From positions 62,372,001 through 62,436,000 of the forward strand of contig OZ024744.1 in NCBI GenBank assembly GCA_964016885.1: a stretch of DNA of 64,000 nucleotides. The letters run 5' to 3'. Below, in pieces: positions 11,516-25,008 of the stretch. How positions within the stretch are numbered: the first letter of the stretch is position 1; every line of letters starts with the position of its first letter. Under the pieces are notes generated by a model that was not told the DNA's origin, did not search any database, and worked only from the letters and a program-made list of their open reading frames with translations. Source of the DNA: Eledone cirrhosa (Eukaryota). Made by a program: the position numbers and the translations under genes.

Positions 11516-12789
11516 ATAAAGTGGAGAAAGTTATAAGAACTATTATCTCAGTAAATATCCTGAAAAAACGGGGTGGGGGACAGTGTTGTTCATTAATTGT
11601 TATTTGTATAATGGATCTTCTGTCAGTTTCAGTGATGAACATTCAGTCATTCAATTAACTGTGTCCAACTCATGAATTAACATGTAAGTAGTTGAGTATT
11701 CCACAGACATGTATACCCTTAATGTAATTTTGGAGGGAAATTCAGTGAGTGACCAGACTGCTGGCCCATTGAATTAGAGGTTTACAGTTTCTGTTCACCC
11801 ATAAAGCTTGGGTCATCCTGAGGCCATGGTAAAAATACTTGACAATAATGCCATGCAATGGAATTGAATCTAGACCAACATGATTGTGAAGTGAAGTTCT
11901 TGACCATGCTACCATGTTTTCACTGTCATACAGTGTAACATTTCAATAATCTATATCTCACTTGAATAAAGAGATAAATCCCTGTCTGCTGATAGGAGTA
12001 TCAGTTCCTTAATCCTCATTCAAATCTAGTTAATCTTACCTGGAATAAAACCACTAATTATATTACCTAGGTTACAAAACCTTTTGCATTATCTTTTCTA
12101 TCACCTAGGTAACTACTTTTTCTATAATTTCCAAGGGTTTATCAGTTTATATGGCTGTTACTTTTGAAATCTTCACTCCCTCCACTGTATCTGATACATC
12201 TGAATTACTGTTTCTCTGTTATCTCATGACACCTTTTCTGTTTGTATTGCTTGTACCAACTAAACAACAATTGTTTCTACTTTAGGAACAAGGCCAGCAA
12301 TTTGAAGGGGAAAGGAAAGTCAATTAAATTGACTCCAATACTTACTGATGCTTTATTTTATCGACCCTGTATCCGGCCAGAATTCTTTTACCTCTTTCTG
12401 TTCAAAGCAGCTGTAACCAGCTGCTCATACTTATGTTAAGATATTGTCCTCAAAATAAATATTAAAATCTCATAGATTTGATATTATGCGAGATAATTAT
12501 GTGAAATAATTATGTGAAAATACAATAGTAAATATAAAGTAATATAAATGCTAAATTGTTAATTGACTTTCCCCTGCCCCTAAATTGCTTGCATTGTGCC
12601 TATAGTAGAAATCATTATTACATGACATTTAATATCATATTTGAGTAATTGAATATTTACCTTTTATTATCATGTTTAAAGTTAGTTATTCCACTAAACT
12701 TCTCATAATTGTTGATTATTTTGTTAATTTTATTATTTTGTTAAACACACAGGCAAGAGTGTAGTCATGTTAGAAATATGGACACAAGA

Positions 12790-13085
12790 AGCTAGCTCCA
12801 GGTAGAGCCACTACTTCTCCAAATTGAGAGATAACAGCTCCAATACTATGGGCATGTGGTTAGAATGTCTCAGGAAAGAATCACTGGACATATTTTACAG
12901 GTAAAACTAACCGACAGAACACCCAGGGGTAGACTCCAAGCAAAATGGTTGGATAACATCCATGAGCTTGGCTGGTCACGCTTGGGGATCCAGCTAGATC
13001 AGTTGAAGACGGTTGCTTCTGACAGGACCCACTAGAGGGAGTGTTTGAGGACCCTCAGGAATAAGTGGGCGAAGAATAAAAAGAG
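12790..13085 (+). mobile_element. RTE-like 3' fragment, GAA-tailed family (other copies ~51758-52032, ~61740-61930, ~62043-62335)
   Basis: Translates YYGHVVRM...RPRGRLQARWLDNI-like; shared sequence among the four loci. Confidence 0.7.
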
Positions 13086-13627
13086 AAGGGTGGTTTTGTT
13101 TCATAGATCAAATCATGGTTTGGGACAGGTTGGTATTAAAAGGGTTAATTTGTTCGAATTGGATAGAAATCTCATTATTACATGACAGATAGTATCACAT
13201 TTGAATAGTTGAATATTTACCTTTTATTATCATGTTTAAAGTTAGTTATTCCACTAAACTTCTCATAATTGTTGATTATTTTGTTAATTAAAACACACAG
13301 GCAAGTGTAGTCATGTTAGAAATATAGTCACATAAGACCACACTAGCAAAATATTCTTTAAAAAAAAAAAAAATACAAAACAGCACTATAACTGCATTAC
13401 ATTAGAAATTAAAGTCTTTTCTACAAATATTCACAACAATCATCATCATCATCACCGTTTTACATCCATTCTTCCATGTTAGCATGGGTTAGACAATCAG
13501 TTCACTAATAAAAATACTGCAAACATTTGAATTGATAAACCTGTTTATAGATATTTTCTGCTAAGCCATTACAGGATGTTAAGAGTTAAACAAATAAAGC
13601 AATAAAAGATACACACACACACACACA

Positions 13628-13682
<55 letters not shown>

Positions 13683-13700
13683 CTCAAATGTTAAATTTAC

Positions 13701-13812
13701 CTGTAAGTAAAGCTGATTGATTCTTTTTGATAAAGATATGATGGTAGATTGGCCTCGGTTGCTTGAATCTGTAAGTGTCGTAAATGAACGCATCTCACAT
13801 GAAACTCTGAAG
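13701..13812 (-). other. Candidate non-coding (5'UTR) exon, possibly of the KIF23-like gene
   Basis: Unique sequence with acceptor ttgttgtttag before 13812 and donor CAG|gtaaat at 13701/13700; no coding signal; no transcript data. Confidence 0.25.
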
Positions 13813-14206
13813 CTAAACAACAAATAATATCAACAACTGGGATCTTTTCAAATTATTTTTTTGTTTTTTTTTGGATGGGTGGGGGGGTTGTACCTTTTTT
13901 AAGCAATTTAAACATTTAAGGGGCTTATATGGTTGTTATGGAAACCGATCATTATGGATCTAAATCTCTAGGGATTTAGGATTTTAGCCATATTGTCACA
14001 CATATTGGCAGTAAAAAATATAAAAAATAAAATAAGATAAAAAGGCTTTATTAATCTCAAGATTAACAAGATTATACAGCCATTTTATTTCCATTAGTTT
14101 TTCATAATGTAGACATTAATGATACCTCAGACAATTGTATAATTAACACTCTATATAGTTCTCTCAACTTCCAAAGACAGTGTGTAATTAGACATATAAT
14201 AATAAT

Positions 14207-14632
14207 CGTTGCTACTTTTGGCACAAGGCCAGCAATTACCCTGTGCATTACTGGTACTTTATTTTATCGACCCGTAAGGATGAAAGGCAAAGTTAACCTC
14301 GGCGGGATTTGAACTCAGATCGTAAAGGGACGTAACTCTTTGCGTCAAAGCATGGAGTCCGACCCTCTACCGATACTGCCAATCCACCACCCTTAATAAT
14401 AATAATAATAATAATTGTTTCTTATATAGACACAAGGCCAACAATTTCAAGGAGACGGGGAAATCGATTAAATCAATCCCAGTGCATTACTGGTACTTTA
14501 TTTTATCGCCCCCATAAGGATGAAAGACAAAGCTAACCTCAGCAGGATTTGAACTCAGAACGTAAAGGGCCATAACTCTATGCTGCAAACATGGTGTCTG
14601 ATGCTCAATCAATACTGTCAATCCACTGCCCT
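14207..14632 (-). mobile_element. Two tandem tRNA-derived SINEs with AAT tails
   Basis: Reverse complement of the copy at 30998-31187 (B box gagttcaaatcc, core gcctttcatccttacggggtcgataaaataaagtacc), separated by (AAT)n. Confidence 0.85.
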
Positions 14633-14819
14633 AATAATAATAATAATCATCATCATTTCATTTTACGTCCACTTTTCCCTGCTTGCAGGGGTGGGACGGG
14701 AACTGATTCTGGCTTGATTTCTACAGCTGGATGCCCTTCCTAACACCAACCTCATTTACAGTGAGTGCTGGGTGCTTTTTTGCCGTGGCACCTCCACGAC
14801 CACTTTGCAGTGGAATGAT

Positions 14820-14983
14820 AGGGACCCCAGTCCCTATCATCTCATTTCTACAGCTGAGTAAATTGGAGCAATGTGAAATAAAGTGTCTTGCTCAAGGAAA
14901 CAACACATCACCCGGTCTGAGAATTGAACTCACAACCTTTCGATTGCAAGGCCAATGCTCTAACCACTAAGCCATGTGCCTCC

Positions 14984-14984
<1 letters not shown>
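14820..14984 (-). mobile_element. Second tRNA-derived SINE family (ggaggcacatggcttagtggttag...ccttgagcaagacactt)
   Basis: A box tggcttagtgg and B box gagttcaattc; related remnants at ~30480-30605, ~39780-39910 and ~55835-55965. Confidence 0.7.
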
Positions 14985-15030
<46 letters not shown>

Positions 15031-15146
15031 TGTTTCTACTTTTGGCACAAGACCACCAATAACCCAGTACATTACTGGTACTTTATTTTATCGAACCCCG
15101 TAAGGATGAAAGGCAAAAATAATAATAATAATATATTATTATTATA

Positions 15147-18100
15147 TCAGGCAAACGAGCCAGTGGGAAATGAAGGTGAAGAGGTTGAGAGACCTGAAGA
15201 AGCATCCGAAGCAGACAATGATCTGAATGTTGAAATAAATAACATCTGGAACAAAGATACGGCCATTGAGGAAATGAATGCTGACGGGCTAGGGCAAGAT
15301 TTGGTTGATATCCTGAACTTAGTGGTAGATGAAATGAACAATGATAGTAGAAAATCTATGAACCTAAGATTTGTAGACAGGAAAAAGTTAAAAGAAACAA
15401 CAGCTAAGGTAAACAAAGTCATCCCATACCTTGAGGTGAGGAACCTTCACCAATGCAACAATATCCTCAAATGTGGTGAGGAAATTACTTTGTATAAAAA
15501 CGAGAGGAAACAACAAACAAGAAAGATCAGAACCTTGGTGGAAGAAACGACTGAATGGTTAAATCAAGGAAATGAGAAAAGACATTGGAAAGCTTGAGTC
15601 TTTACTGAATGGGACATTACAAAACATAGACACTAAAGATAGATTGAAAATAAAATACAAAACTAGGGGGAAAGAGCTAAATATTATCATAGAGGAACTG
15701 AAGCAACGCATTGTAGCAAAAAGTGCAAAGATTAGGCGGTATGAGAACAGAGTTAGTCAGTATAGACAGAACCGCATGTTTGACAACAACCAGAAGATGT
15801 TGTTTGGACAGCTTGAAGGGAAAGAAAGAGGCAACGACTTGATCCCTGAGGCGGAACAGACTAAGACATTCTGGAGAGGAATATGGGAGCAGGATGTTGA
15901 TCATAATAGTCAGGCAGTGTGGATTGAGACAGTTAAAAAGGAGATTAGTGAACAAGCACACCAACAACCTGATTTGAGTATCACTGTTGAAACTCTTAAA
16001 GGGCAGGCCAAAAAACTAACCAACTGGAAATCACCAGGCCCAGATGGTGTGCAGGGGTATTGGATTAAAAATATAACATCCCTCCACCTGAAACTGACAA
16101 CCATGTTCAATGACTGCTTGATGTTGGGTGAGGTACCAGAGTGGTTGACAAAAGGTACCACAGTTCTGGTAATGAAAGACCGAATCAAGGGTAATGATGT
16201 TACCAACTATAGGCCTATCACATGTCTGTCCGTAATGTGGAAACTGTTAACAAGCATTGTGTCTGAGGAAATTACCATCACCTGCACATAAACAACTTGT
16301 TACCGGACGAAAGAAGTCCTGTGGTACAAAAGACCAGTTACTTATTGATAAAATGAGGAATTGCAAGAGGAGGCACACTGGTCTTGCCATGGGATGGATA
16401 GATTACAAAAAGGCATTCGACATGGTACCTCAATCTTGGATAACCAAAAGCCTAGAATCTTCAAGGTGGCAGATAACATCAGACAATTATTGAGCAAAAG
16501 TATGAAGTCCTGGGAAACAGAGTTAATATCAGGTGGAGAATCCTTGGGGGGGCGTGAAGATCAAGAGAGGTATCTTCCAGGAAGATAGTTTGTCCCCTCT
16601 GCTGTTTGTCCTTGCCCTGATACCCCTGTCCATTATATTGCGAAAAGTGAGAGCAGGATACAAGTTGGGAAGAGGAGAGCTTACTATCAACCACCTCCTC
16701 TTCATGGACGATCTTAAACTCTTTGGGAAGAGTGAGGAGTTGGATGTACTTGTTGACACTGTCTGTATTTTCAGCAATGATATATGTATGGAATTTGGTA
16801 TTAATAAGTGTGGAGTCCTAGTGATGAAGAGGGATAAATTGAGCAGAAGCAATGGAATCCAGGTGCCAACAGGTGAGATGATAAAGGAAATTGACACTGA
16901 AGAGGGATACAAATATTTAGGTGTTCTGGAGGCAGATGACATCAAGAACAAAAAAATGAAGGAATTGATAAGATCTGAGTACATAAGGAGAGTAAGGAAC
17001 GTATCAAAATCATATCTAAATAGTAGGAATGCCATAAGTGCAGTAAATTCCCGAGCTGTGTCTATTATTAGGTACAGTGCGGGAATTCTGAGATGGAATG
17101 TTGCTGAACAAAAAGAAATGGATAGGAAGCTATTGACTATCTACAACATGTTCCACAAGAGGAGTGATGTCGATAGACTCTACTTAAGGAGATCTGAAGG
17201 TGGAAGAGGTCTTATCAGCATAGAGGACTGTGTTCAGATGGATAAAAACAACCTGCACAAATACGTGACTGACAGTAGGGAGCCAATGCTCAAAATTGTA
17301 CTGAAGGAGAAGACAATAGACCAGGGGATGTCCATGGAGGAAATAACAACAAGGAGGAAGAGCAACCTTCATGAAAAATCCCTTCATAGTACCTTCTTTG
17401 AGAAAACGGAATGTAGAGATCCACAGACATGGAACTGGTTAAAAAGAGACCTTAAAAAGGCTACAGAAGGAATGCTGATGGCTGTGCAAGAGCAGGCCCT
17501 CAGAACGAAGTGGGTGAAACACCATATTGACAAGGAGGAGGCTATCTCACTGTGTAGTATCTGTGGAGAGAGAGGAGACTGTGGCTCACATTGTATCCAA
17601 GTGTAAACACCTAGCTCAGATTTACTATAAAAGCTGGAGACATGATGTGATGGGCAGGGTGATCCACTGGCATCTATGTAAAGTAAACAATTTACCACAT
17701 TCTGAGAAGTGGTATGAGCATAAGCCAGAGTCAGTGATAGAAAACGATCAGGTGAAGGTGCTATGGGATTTTAGGATACAGATGGCCAAAAATTAGAACG
17801 CAATAGGCCTGACCTGGTGGTTTTGGACAAGGATAAAAGATCATACCTGATTGTAGATGTAGCCTGCTCATTTGACACGAGAGTGCAAGAAAAGGAGAGG
17901 GAGAAAATTAACCGATACCAGGACTTAAAGTGGGAGTTAAAAAGGATTTGGAACTGCCATGAAGTCAAGGTCGTCCCGATTGTCATAGGCGCACTAGGTA
18001 CTATCTCAAAGAGTTTCCAAGGATGGTTAAAGAAGATTAGTCCAGCCCCGCTTTTTGGAACACTTCAAAAGACATGCTTGCTGGGGACAACAACGACCCT

Positions 18101-18199
18101 CCGATATGTCCTGAATATCTGAGGCTGCAGGTAGGGGCTTAATATTTATTTCAACAAACTTTCCAGTTAAATAACATCAATGACTGAGATTCAAAGAAC

Positions 18200-18200
<1 letters not shown>
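15147..18200 (+). mobile_element. Degenerate R4/Dong-like element, family B, inserted in (AAT)n
   Basis: NWKSPGPDGVQGYW, NYRPITCL, GIFQEDSLSP, HLLFMDDLKLF, CSIC...HIVSKC, RHD, RPD, DVACSFD...KINRYQDL; (AAT)n on both sides. Confidence 0.9.
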
Positions 18201-18230
<30 letters not shown>

Positions 18231-18232
<2 letters not shown>

Positions 18233-21095
18233 CTAAACATTACTGATTTAAATTATCTCTATTATGCATCGGCTAAAGTCACCACTCACTTATGTGGAGT
18301 GAAAATAAAAAAAACAAAGGGAACATCAATCGCCAAATAAACCTTCTTCGATCTGACATAGAAATTTTAGCAAACTACAAAGTAGGTGAATATGTAAAAC
18401 AAACTAAACTTAGAAAATTGAAAAGAAAATACAGTATAAAATCAACAAGTGACATAGACATGCTGATAGAAACAATCAAGCAAAAAGTGTTGGCCAAAGC
18501 TGCTCGTATAAGGCGTTTTGAAAAACGATCTAGATTCTATAAGGACAATAATATGTTCAAAAACGACCAAAGAAACTTCTACAGAAAAATTGGCAAGTCA
18601 ACAATACCAATGCTAAATCAATACCACCGAAGGAGGAAGTGCAAGAATTCTGGGAAAAGATCTGGGCCGAAGAAAAAGTTCATAATATACATGCTCCATG
18701 AATAGACAGACAAATGAAAGATACAGCTCACCTTGAGGAACAAACATGGGAAAATATAACAGTTGAACATCTGCGTTTAGCTCTTAGAAAATCCAGCAAA
18801 TGGAAAGACAAAATACCAAATTTTTGGATAAATGCCTTTACAGAGTCTCATGAGCTGTTAGCCCAACTTTATAATGAAATGGTTAAGGAGCCAGAAAAGA
18901 TACCATCATGGCTAGTTAACGGCATTACATTCCTACTTCCGAAGAATGATGAGACAAACAATCCCAAAAATTATAGACCGATAACTTGCTTGACTACAAT
19001 GTATAAAATTTTAACATCAGTCCTAACTGAATATACATATGATCACCTGATAACAAATGATCTATTTCCCAATGAGCAGAAAGGGTGTAAACGAGGCTCA
19101 TATGGCTGTAAGGATCAGCTTTTGGTTAACAAAATGATACTGGAAGATTGTCATAATAGAGACAAAAATCTATCAATTGCTTGGATAGATTACAAAAAAG
19201 CATTCGATAGTTTGCCACACAGTTGGATTGAAAAGTGTTTAGAGATTTGCAAAATATCTCCCGTTGTCAGGAGGTTCCTGTCATTCAGTATGAAGACATG
19301 GAAAATGACACTCCTTTTGAATAGTGAAAAAAAAATCACTGGAAGCTGGAGAAGTTAATATTAATTGTGGAATTTTTCAGGGTGACTCTTTATCACCGCT
19401 TTTATTCTGCATCACACTTATACCATTAAGTAAAATGCTCAATGAAACAAAACATGGATATAAAGTCTATGACAAAACCATTAATCACTTGTTCTACATG
19501 GATGACCTGAAACTATTTGCAAATATTGATGAACAATTGCAACTGTGAAGCAGTTCAGTGATGATATTAAAATGGAGTTTGGACTAGACAAATACGCCAA
19601 AGCCACGTCCACCAGAGGAAAGCTGCTGAGAAGTTTAGACATTAATCTTGATCGGAGGAATGTGATAAGAGAACTTGATCAAGAGGAAACTTACAAATAT
19701 CTAGGTGTTTGTACCGCAGAGTAAGAGCAATCTTAAGAACGGAATTGAATGCAAGGAATAGGTTCGATGCCATAAACACACTTGCCATACCAGTAGTAAC
19801 CTACAGTTTCAATGTCATCAACTGGTCAAGCACAGAGATCTGTAGGCTTGATACAAAAATTAGAAAATTCTTAACCATGCACAGAATATATCACCCTAAG
19901 GCAGATACAGATAGAATATATCTCCCTAGGAAAGAAGGAGGACGTGGATTAATCTAGTTAGATATTGCTTTGAAAACTGCAACAATTGGATTATCTACAT
20001 ATCTAAGGGAATCACATGATTGGATGATCAAACTCGTTTTGAAACATGAAAGCATCAAAAGATCATACTCCATTACAAAAGATGCACAAAGATACAGTAA
20101 TGAACTACAAATTTCAGAAGTTCCATTTACTGCTGAAATGAAAAACACTGAAAAAGCAAAGCAGGTAAAAGTAACTGCAAAGAAAGAACTGTTACAGAAA
20201 CTGGTTAAGAAATGGCAAGAAAAGCCTCTATATGGAAAATACCCAGAAAGAGCTAACAATCCTGATGTTGACAAAACTTTAACCCATCAGTGGATGGCAT
20301 CTTCTGGACTGAAATCGGAGACTGAAGGACTGATTATATCAGCACAAGAACAGTGTCTGCCAACATAATAAAAAATGGATGCAACCCAGTATGCCGTGTA
20401 TGTAAAACACAACCAGAGACCATTGACCATATAATTTCAATCCTATAGCTCCAACCGAATACCTAAACAGGCACGACAGAGCTGCACAATACATACATTG
20501 GATAATGTGTAAGCATTTTGACCTGCCCCATCAAAAGAATTGGTGGGAGCATCAACCACCTCCCATACTTGAAAAAGATCACATCTCAATCTTGTGGAAC
20601 TTTAGCATCCAAACAGACCGAAAAATAGCTGCAAATAGACCTGATATAATACTGAAGGACTTTAAAAAGAGGGCATGCCTGCTAATTGATATGCACATTC
20701 CAATAGACAAGAATGTGTCTATAAAAACATTTGAAAAATTGAGCAAGTATAAGGACCTGGAGATAGAAATTGGAAAAATGTGGAAGTTGAGAACTAAAAC
20801 AATACCAGTGGTTGTGGGCACTCTAGGAATGATACCTAAGGGGTCTAATGATTACTTATCGCAAATCCCAGGAAACCCGCGTGTATGAGAAATACAAAAG
20901 TTAGTACTAATGGGAACTGCCCATATGCTAAGGAAGATTCTGTCAATATAAGTACATCACAAGTCTAAACACCTAAAGATGCATGTGTGAGTATGTATGT
21001 TCTTTCTTGAACATGGCGGACCTTGTTGTCTCTTGAGGTCACTGGTTGTGACTTGGTGATAACTCGTATGAACATAAAGCAAGATAAATGCAACT

Positions 21096-21097
<2 letters not shown>
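18231..21097 (+). mobile_element. Degenerate R4/Dong-like element, family C, inserted in (AAT)n
   Basis: [49 protein letters not shown]...LID...KLSKYKDL; starts and ends in (AAT)n. Confidence 0.9.
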
Positions 21098-21135
<38 letters not shown>

Positions 21136-21272
21136 AAATTATTGTATACAGTGTTCAGGTGCATGTATAGTACATAGAATAATGTACAAATGTCAGGAAA
21201 GTGAACAGTGTATGAGTCATGATATACACACAGATACATGCATGCATATGTATCCATATATATATATAAAAA

Positions 21273-21890
21273 ATAAAATTAGAATTTTATTTCTTGCCCT
21301 AGCACAGCTGATACATAAATGTAAGTATGCACACGTACACACACATATATATATACACACATGTATATATACATACACACACATATATACATATACATAT
21401 GGGTTATATCAAACATTAATGATAATGTTTGATTCGTTTGTAAACAAATGGCTCGATTTGAAGCTGTGCTGTACCGGTGACAGATCATCACCTGTTTGTT
21501 CAACACTGGCCGTTTGTATATATGTGTATATATGTGTGTGTTTACATGTGCATACTTACATTTATGTATCAGCTGTGCTAGGGCAAGAAATAAAATTCTA
21601 TTTTTATTTTTAATATTCGGCAAGGCCAGCCATAACTCACTCGGTATGCGAATGAGGCTACTCAGCTGATGTGTACTTAAGAAAATACTATATATTTTCA
21701 ACTGTTCAACAGACTGGCAGAGGTATACAGTCCTGATGAAGGGTAATGACCCAGAAACATGTTGATTGTTCCTCAAAGCCAGTGTTGAACAAACAGGTGA
21801 CAATCGGTTACCAGCACAGCACAGCTTCAAATTGGGCCATTTGTTTACAAATGAATCGAACATTATTATTAATGTTTGATATAACCCATA
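21273..21890 (+). mobile_element. Penelope-like pseudo-LTR / retrozyme-like element with an inverted partial duplicate
   Basis: ~21273-21338 is the reverse complement of ~21543-21605, and ~21398-21510 of ~21778-21890; a hammerhead core lies between them; embedded in TA/CA microsatellites. Confidence 0.65.
21727..21769 (+). ncRNA. Minimal type-I hammerhead ribozyme motif
   Basis: acagtc-CTGATGA-a-gggt(aatg)accc-a-GAAA-catg-TT-gattgt: stem I acagtc/gattgt, conserved core, stem II, palindromic CAUG stem III, GUU cleavage triplet. Confidence 0.7.
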
Positions 21891-22019
21891 CGTACATATG
21901 TATATGTATATATGTGTGTGTATGTATATATATATATATATATGTGTGTGTATATATACGTGTGTGTATGTGTACATACTTATATTTATAAATATATATA
22001 TATATATATACACAATATA

Positions 22020-22866
22020 AAAACTCTGATTCCATCAGGGAAATGACCAGGTTCGATATGCAGAAAAGGAGTTGGCATAAATTTTATAAAATGCACACAA
22101 TGCAGATCCTGGGTACACAAGAGATGTAGCGGGATAGCAGGCAAACTAACAGGTAGGGAGAAATACGTATGCTGTAGATGTACAGGGAAATTAGACAGTA
22201 GAAGTCGCACTGATAGACACATTTTTTTAATGTAGGTGGTTCTATAGAAGTGGTTGATAGCTTCCGGTACCTAGGTGATCAAATTAGCATGGGAGGGGGG
22301 AGGTGTTCTGAGGCCATAGTATCTAGAATAAGGATGGGTTGGAAGAAGTGTAGGTAGCTGCTTCCTCTGCTGACGAAGAAGGGTTTCTCCCTGCGTATGA
22401 AAGGACGGTTATATGATACCTGTGTGAGGTGCGCGATGCTGCATGGTAGTGAGACATGGGCAGCAACTGCAGAGGATATGCGACGGCTGGAGAGAAATGA
22501 GGCAAGCATGCTCCGTTGGATGCGCAATGTCAATGTGCTTGAACGACCGAGCATAAATGTGTTGAGAGAGAAACTGTGTCTGAGAGGGATAGAATGTAGT
22601 GTGTGAGAGAGGAGACTGCGATGGTATGGACATGTGATGCACATGGAGGATGACCGATGCCAGGAAATGCCAGTTGAAGGAAGACGTGGTAGAGGTAGAC
22701 CACGAAAAACATGGGCGGAGGTGGTGAGAGTAGACCTCAGATCACTGAAGCTCACGGTGGGTATGACGAAGGACTGTGGCAAGTGGAGAGATGTTGTGCT
22801 GAATAGAACCCGTCCCACCCTTGCAAGCAGGGAAAAGCGGATGTAAAATGATGATGATGATGATGA
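22020..22866 (+). mobile_element. RTE LINE 3' fragment with (GAT)n tail
   Basis: FRYLGD, MLHGSETW, LRWYGHV, RGRPRKTW; tail aaaatgatgatgat; same family as 25009-28250 and 45373-46138. Confidence 0.88.
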
Positions 22867-22896
22867 TACACATTCACAGACACACATATATATACA

Positions 22897-23500
22897 TAGG
22901 AAATTTATCAAAGAAAAAATAATGAATGAAAAATAGGCAAAACGAAAAAAAAATTTTGAAGGGAAAACCTTAAAAAAAGACATAGAACTCCAAGGTCTTC
23001 AGTCGTATAAATGGACTTTTGGCTGTTTCAACCCCTACCAATGGTACTGTTGGTCCACAGCGTCTGACAGAAGCCAAAGCACTGTCTATGGAGTAAGAAA
23101 GAAGACAAAACAATAACTTACAGCAATTAAGCTATAACATGTACGCTTAGAATTTTTTTGTGATGTCAGGGAAAAGGTATTGTAAGATTGAAACAAAGGA
23201 AATGAAGAAAGAAAAAGGAAAAAAGGTAAAAAGATGAAAGTGAGATATTGAGTTAAAAAATGTAAGCCATTGAAATTATTGCGGGGAGAAGAGAGAACAC
23301 ATTCATCACCGATTAGTAATAATAAACTTAAGAAAATTATCAAAGAGAAGAAAACAAACAAAAACAAGGCAAAACGAAAAAAACTTTTTTTGAAGGAAAA
23401 AAATCTTTAAAAAATACAAATGAAAGACGCAAAACTCCAAGGTCTTCTGCTGGACTTCTGGCAGTTTCAACCCCCTACTAATGGTACTGTTGATCCTCCT
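22897..23500 (+). repeat. Diverged direct repeat (~22897-23060 versus ~23330-23500)
   Basis: Shared ggcaaaacgaaaaaaa...aactccaaggtcttc...tttcaacccctac.aatggtactgttg, period about 430 bp. Confidence 0.6.
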
Positions 23501-23775
23501 GTGGTTACAAAGTGCTGTCGGTGGAATAAGGTACAAGACAAAACAATAATTTTGAGCAAATTAAAGATGGTTTTCCAAAGATTGGAAAGAAACCACAGTT
23601 AAATAAGGTTCTCCATATGTTGATGGCATTGCTCAAAGTCGAGTTGCAGTCATCATGTATGTATGTACGTATAAGTGTATGTGTATGTATGTATGTATAT
23701 ATATATGTATATATATAAATACATATGTATATATATACATATATATGTATATATATAGTGTGCATGTATAAATGC

Positions 23776-23807
<32 letters not shown>

Positions 23808-23810
<3 letters not shown>

Positions 23811-24217
23811 GGAGAGATGACCCCTTAGCCTTTGTCAAGGCAGAATTCTAGGTGAAGGAAAACTCTGATATAACACCTGCAACCCTGATGGTATCCAATG
23901 ATGTTGACTTGTTCTTCTTTTTGGTAAATATCATCTTGGTTAAGAGAGTGGGACTGGCTTTGTGCAGTGCCTTTGCTCACTATAAAAGCTTCACGGCACA
24001 GGCATTGCTTTATATTTGGAGATCTCTCTGCACTTGTCGTCACATGGTACCATGGGCCCAGCACTGTGTCAATAATTGTCACAAGTGTAGTGTTTGTACC
24101 AGAGTTTTCAAGTCGCTGGCTGGACTAAAAAGTCACACTCGTTCAGCGCATCGGTAGGGGTTCTCCTACATGGATATAAAGTAGTGGCCGTACGCGAAAA
24201 CGAGTTGGCAGCCACCA
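23808..24217 (+). mobile_element. 5'-truncated copy of the non-autonomous RTE derivative, in (TA)n
   Basis: Reverse complement of ~5505-5914. Confidence 0.8.
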
Positions 24218-25008
24218 TATATATATATATATGTATATATATATATGTAATGTGTGTGGGTATATATATCATTATTATCATCATCATCGTCATCGATTAA
24301 CTTCTATCTTCCACACTAGCATGGGTTAGATGGGTTTTATTTAGAGGCAAGTTGGGTCGGGTGACTGTGTCTCACTCTTATAGGAGTGTTTCTGGCTGGT
24401 TTTCTATGGCTGGATGCTCTTCCTAACAGCAACTACATTATATATATATATAAGTGGTTGATAGCTTCTGCTATCTAAGTAACTTAATTAACAGCAGAGA
24501 AGGGTGGTCTGAGACAATAATGACTATAATAAGGATGGAAAAAATCTAGAGATCTACTACCATGTTGTCATGCAAACATGGAAAAATGGACAAAAAAAAT
24601 TATGATGATGAGGATAATTATGATGATATATATTGTTGATAGGAAGGACATCCAGCTGTAGAATGTTTGCCAAACAGAGGACTGGAAGGATCCTCAGTCA
24701 TGTCAAGGACATGACAGCATCCCTAATGTTAGTGATCTACACAATAAACATACTCAGTACACAGCACACAACACACAAAAAAAATATGGTGTAGGACAGA
24801 ACAAGGGAGAGACACAAAATAAAAACCCAGTCACTGAGGAGGTCACAGAATGTGTGACGAAAGAGCTTTGACAATATATAAACAACAATCTAGTTATCGA
24901 ACCAACCAACCAGCCAGCCAACTGGAAATTTATAATAAATTGAAATGTAAATTGAAATGAAAACTAATAGGTGCATGTGTTTTTATTGGCCGCATGACAA
25001 TATATGTA

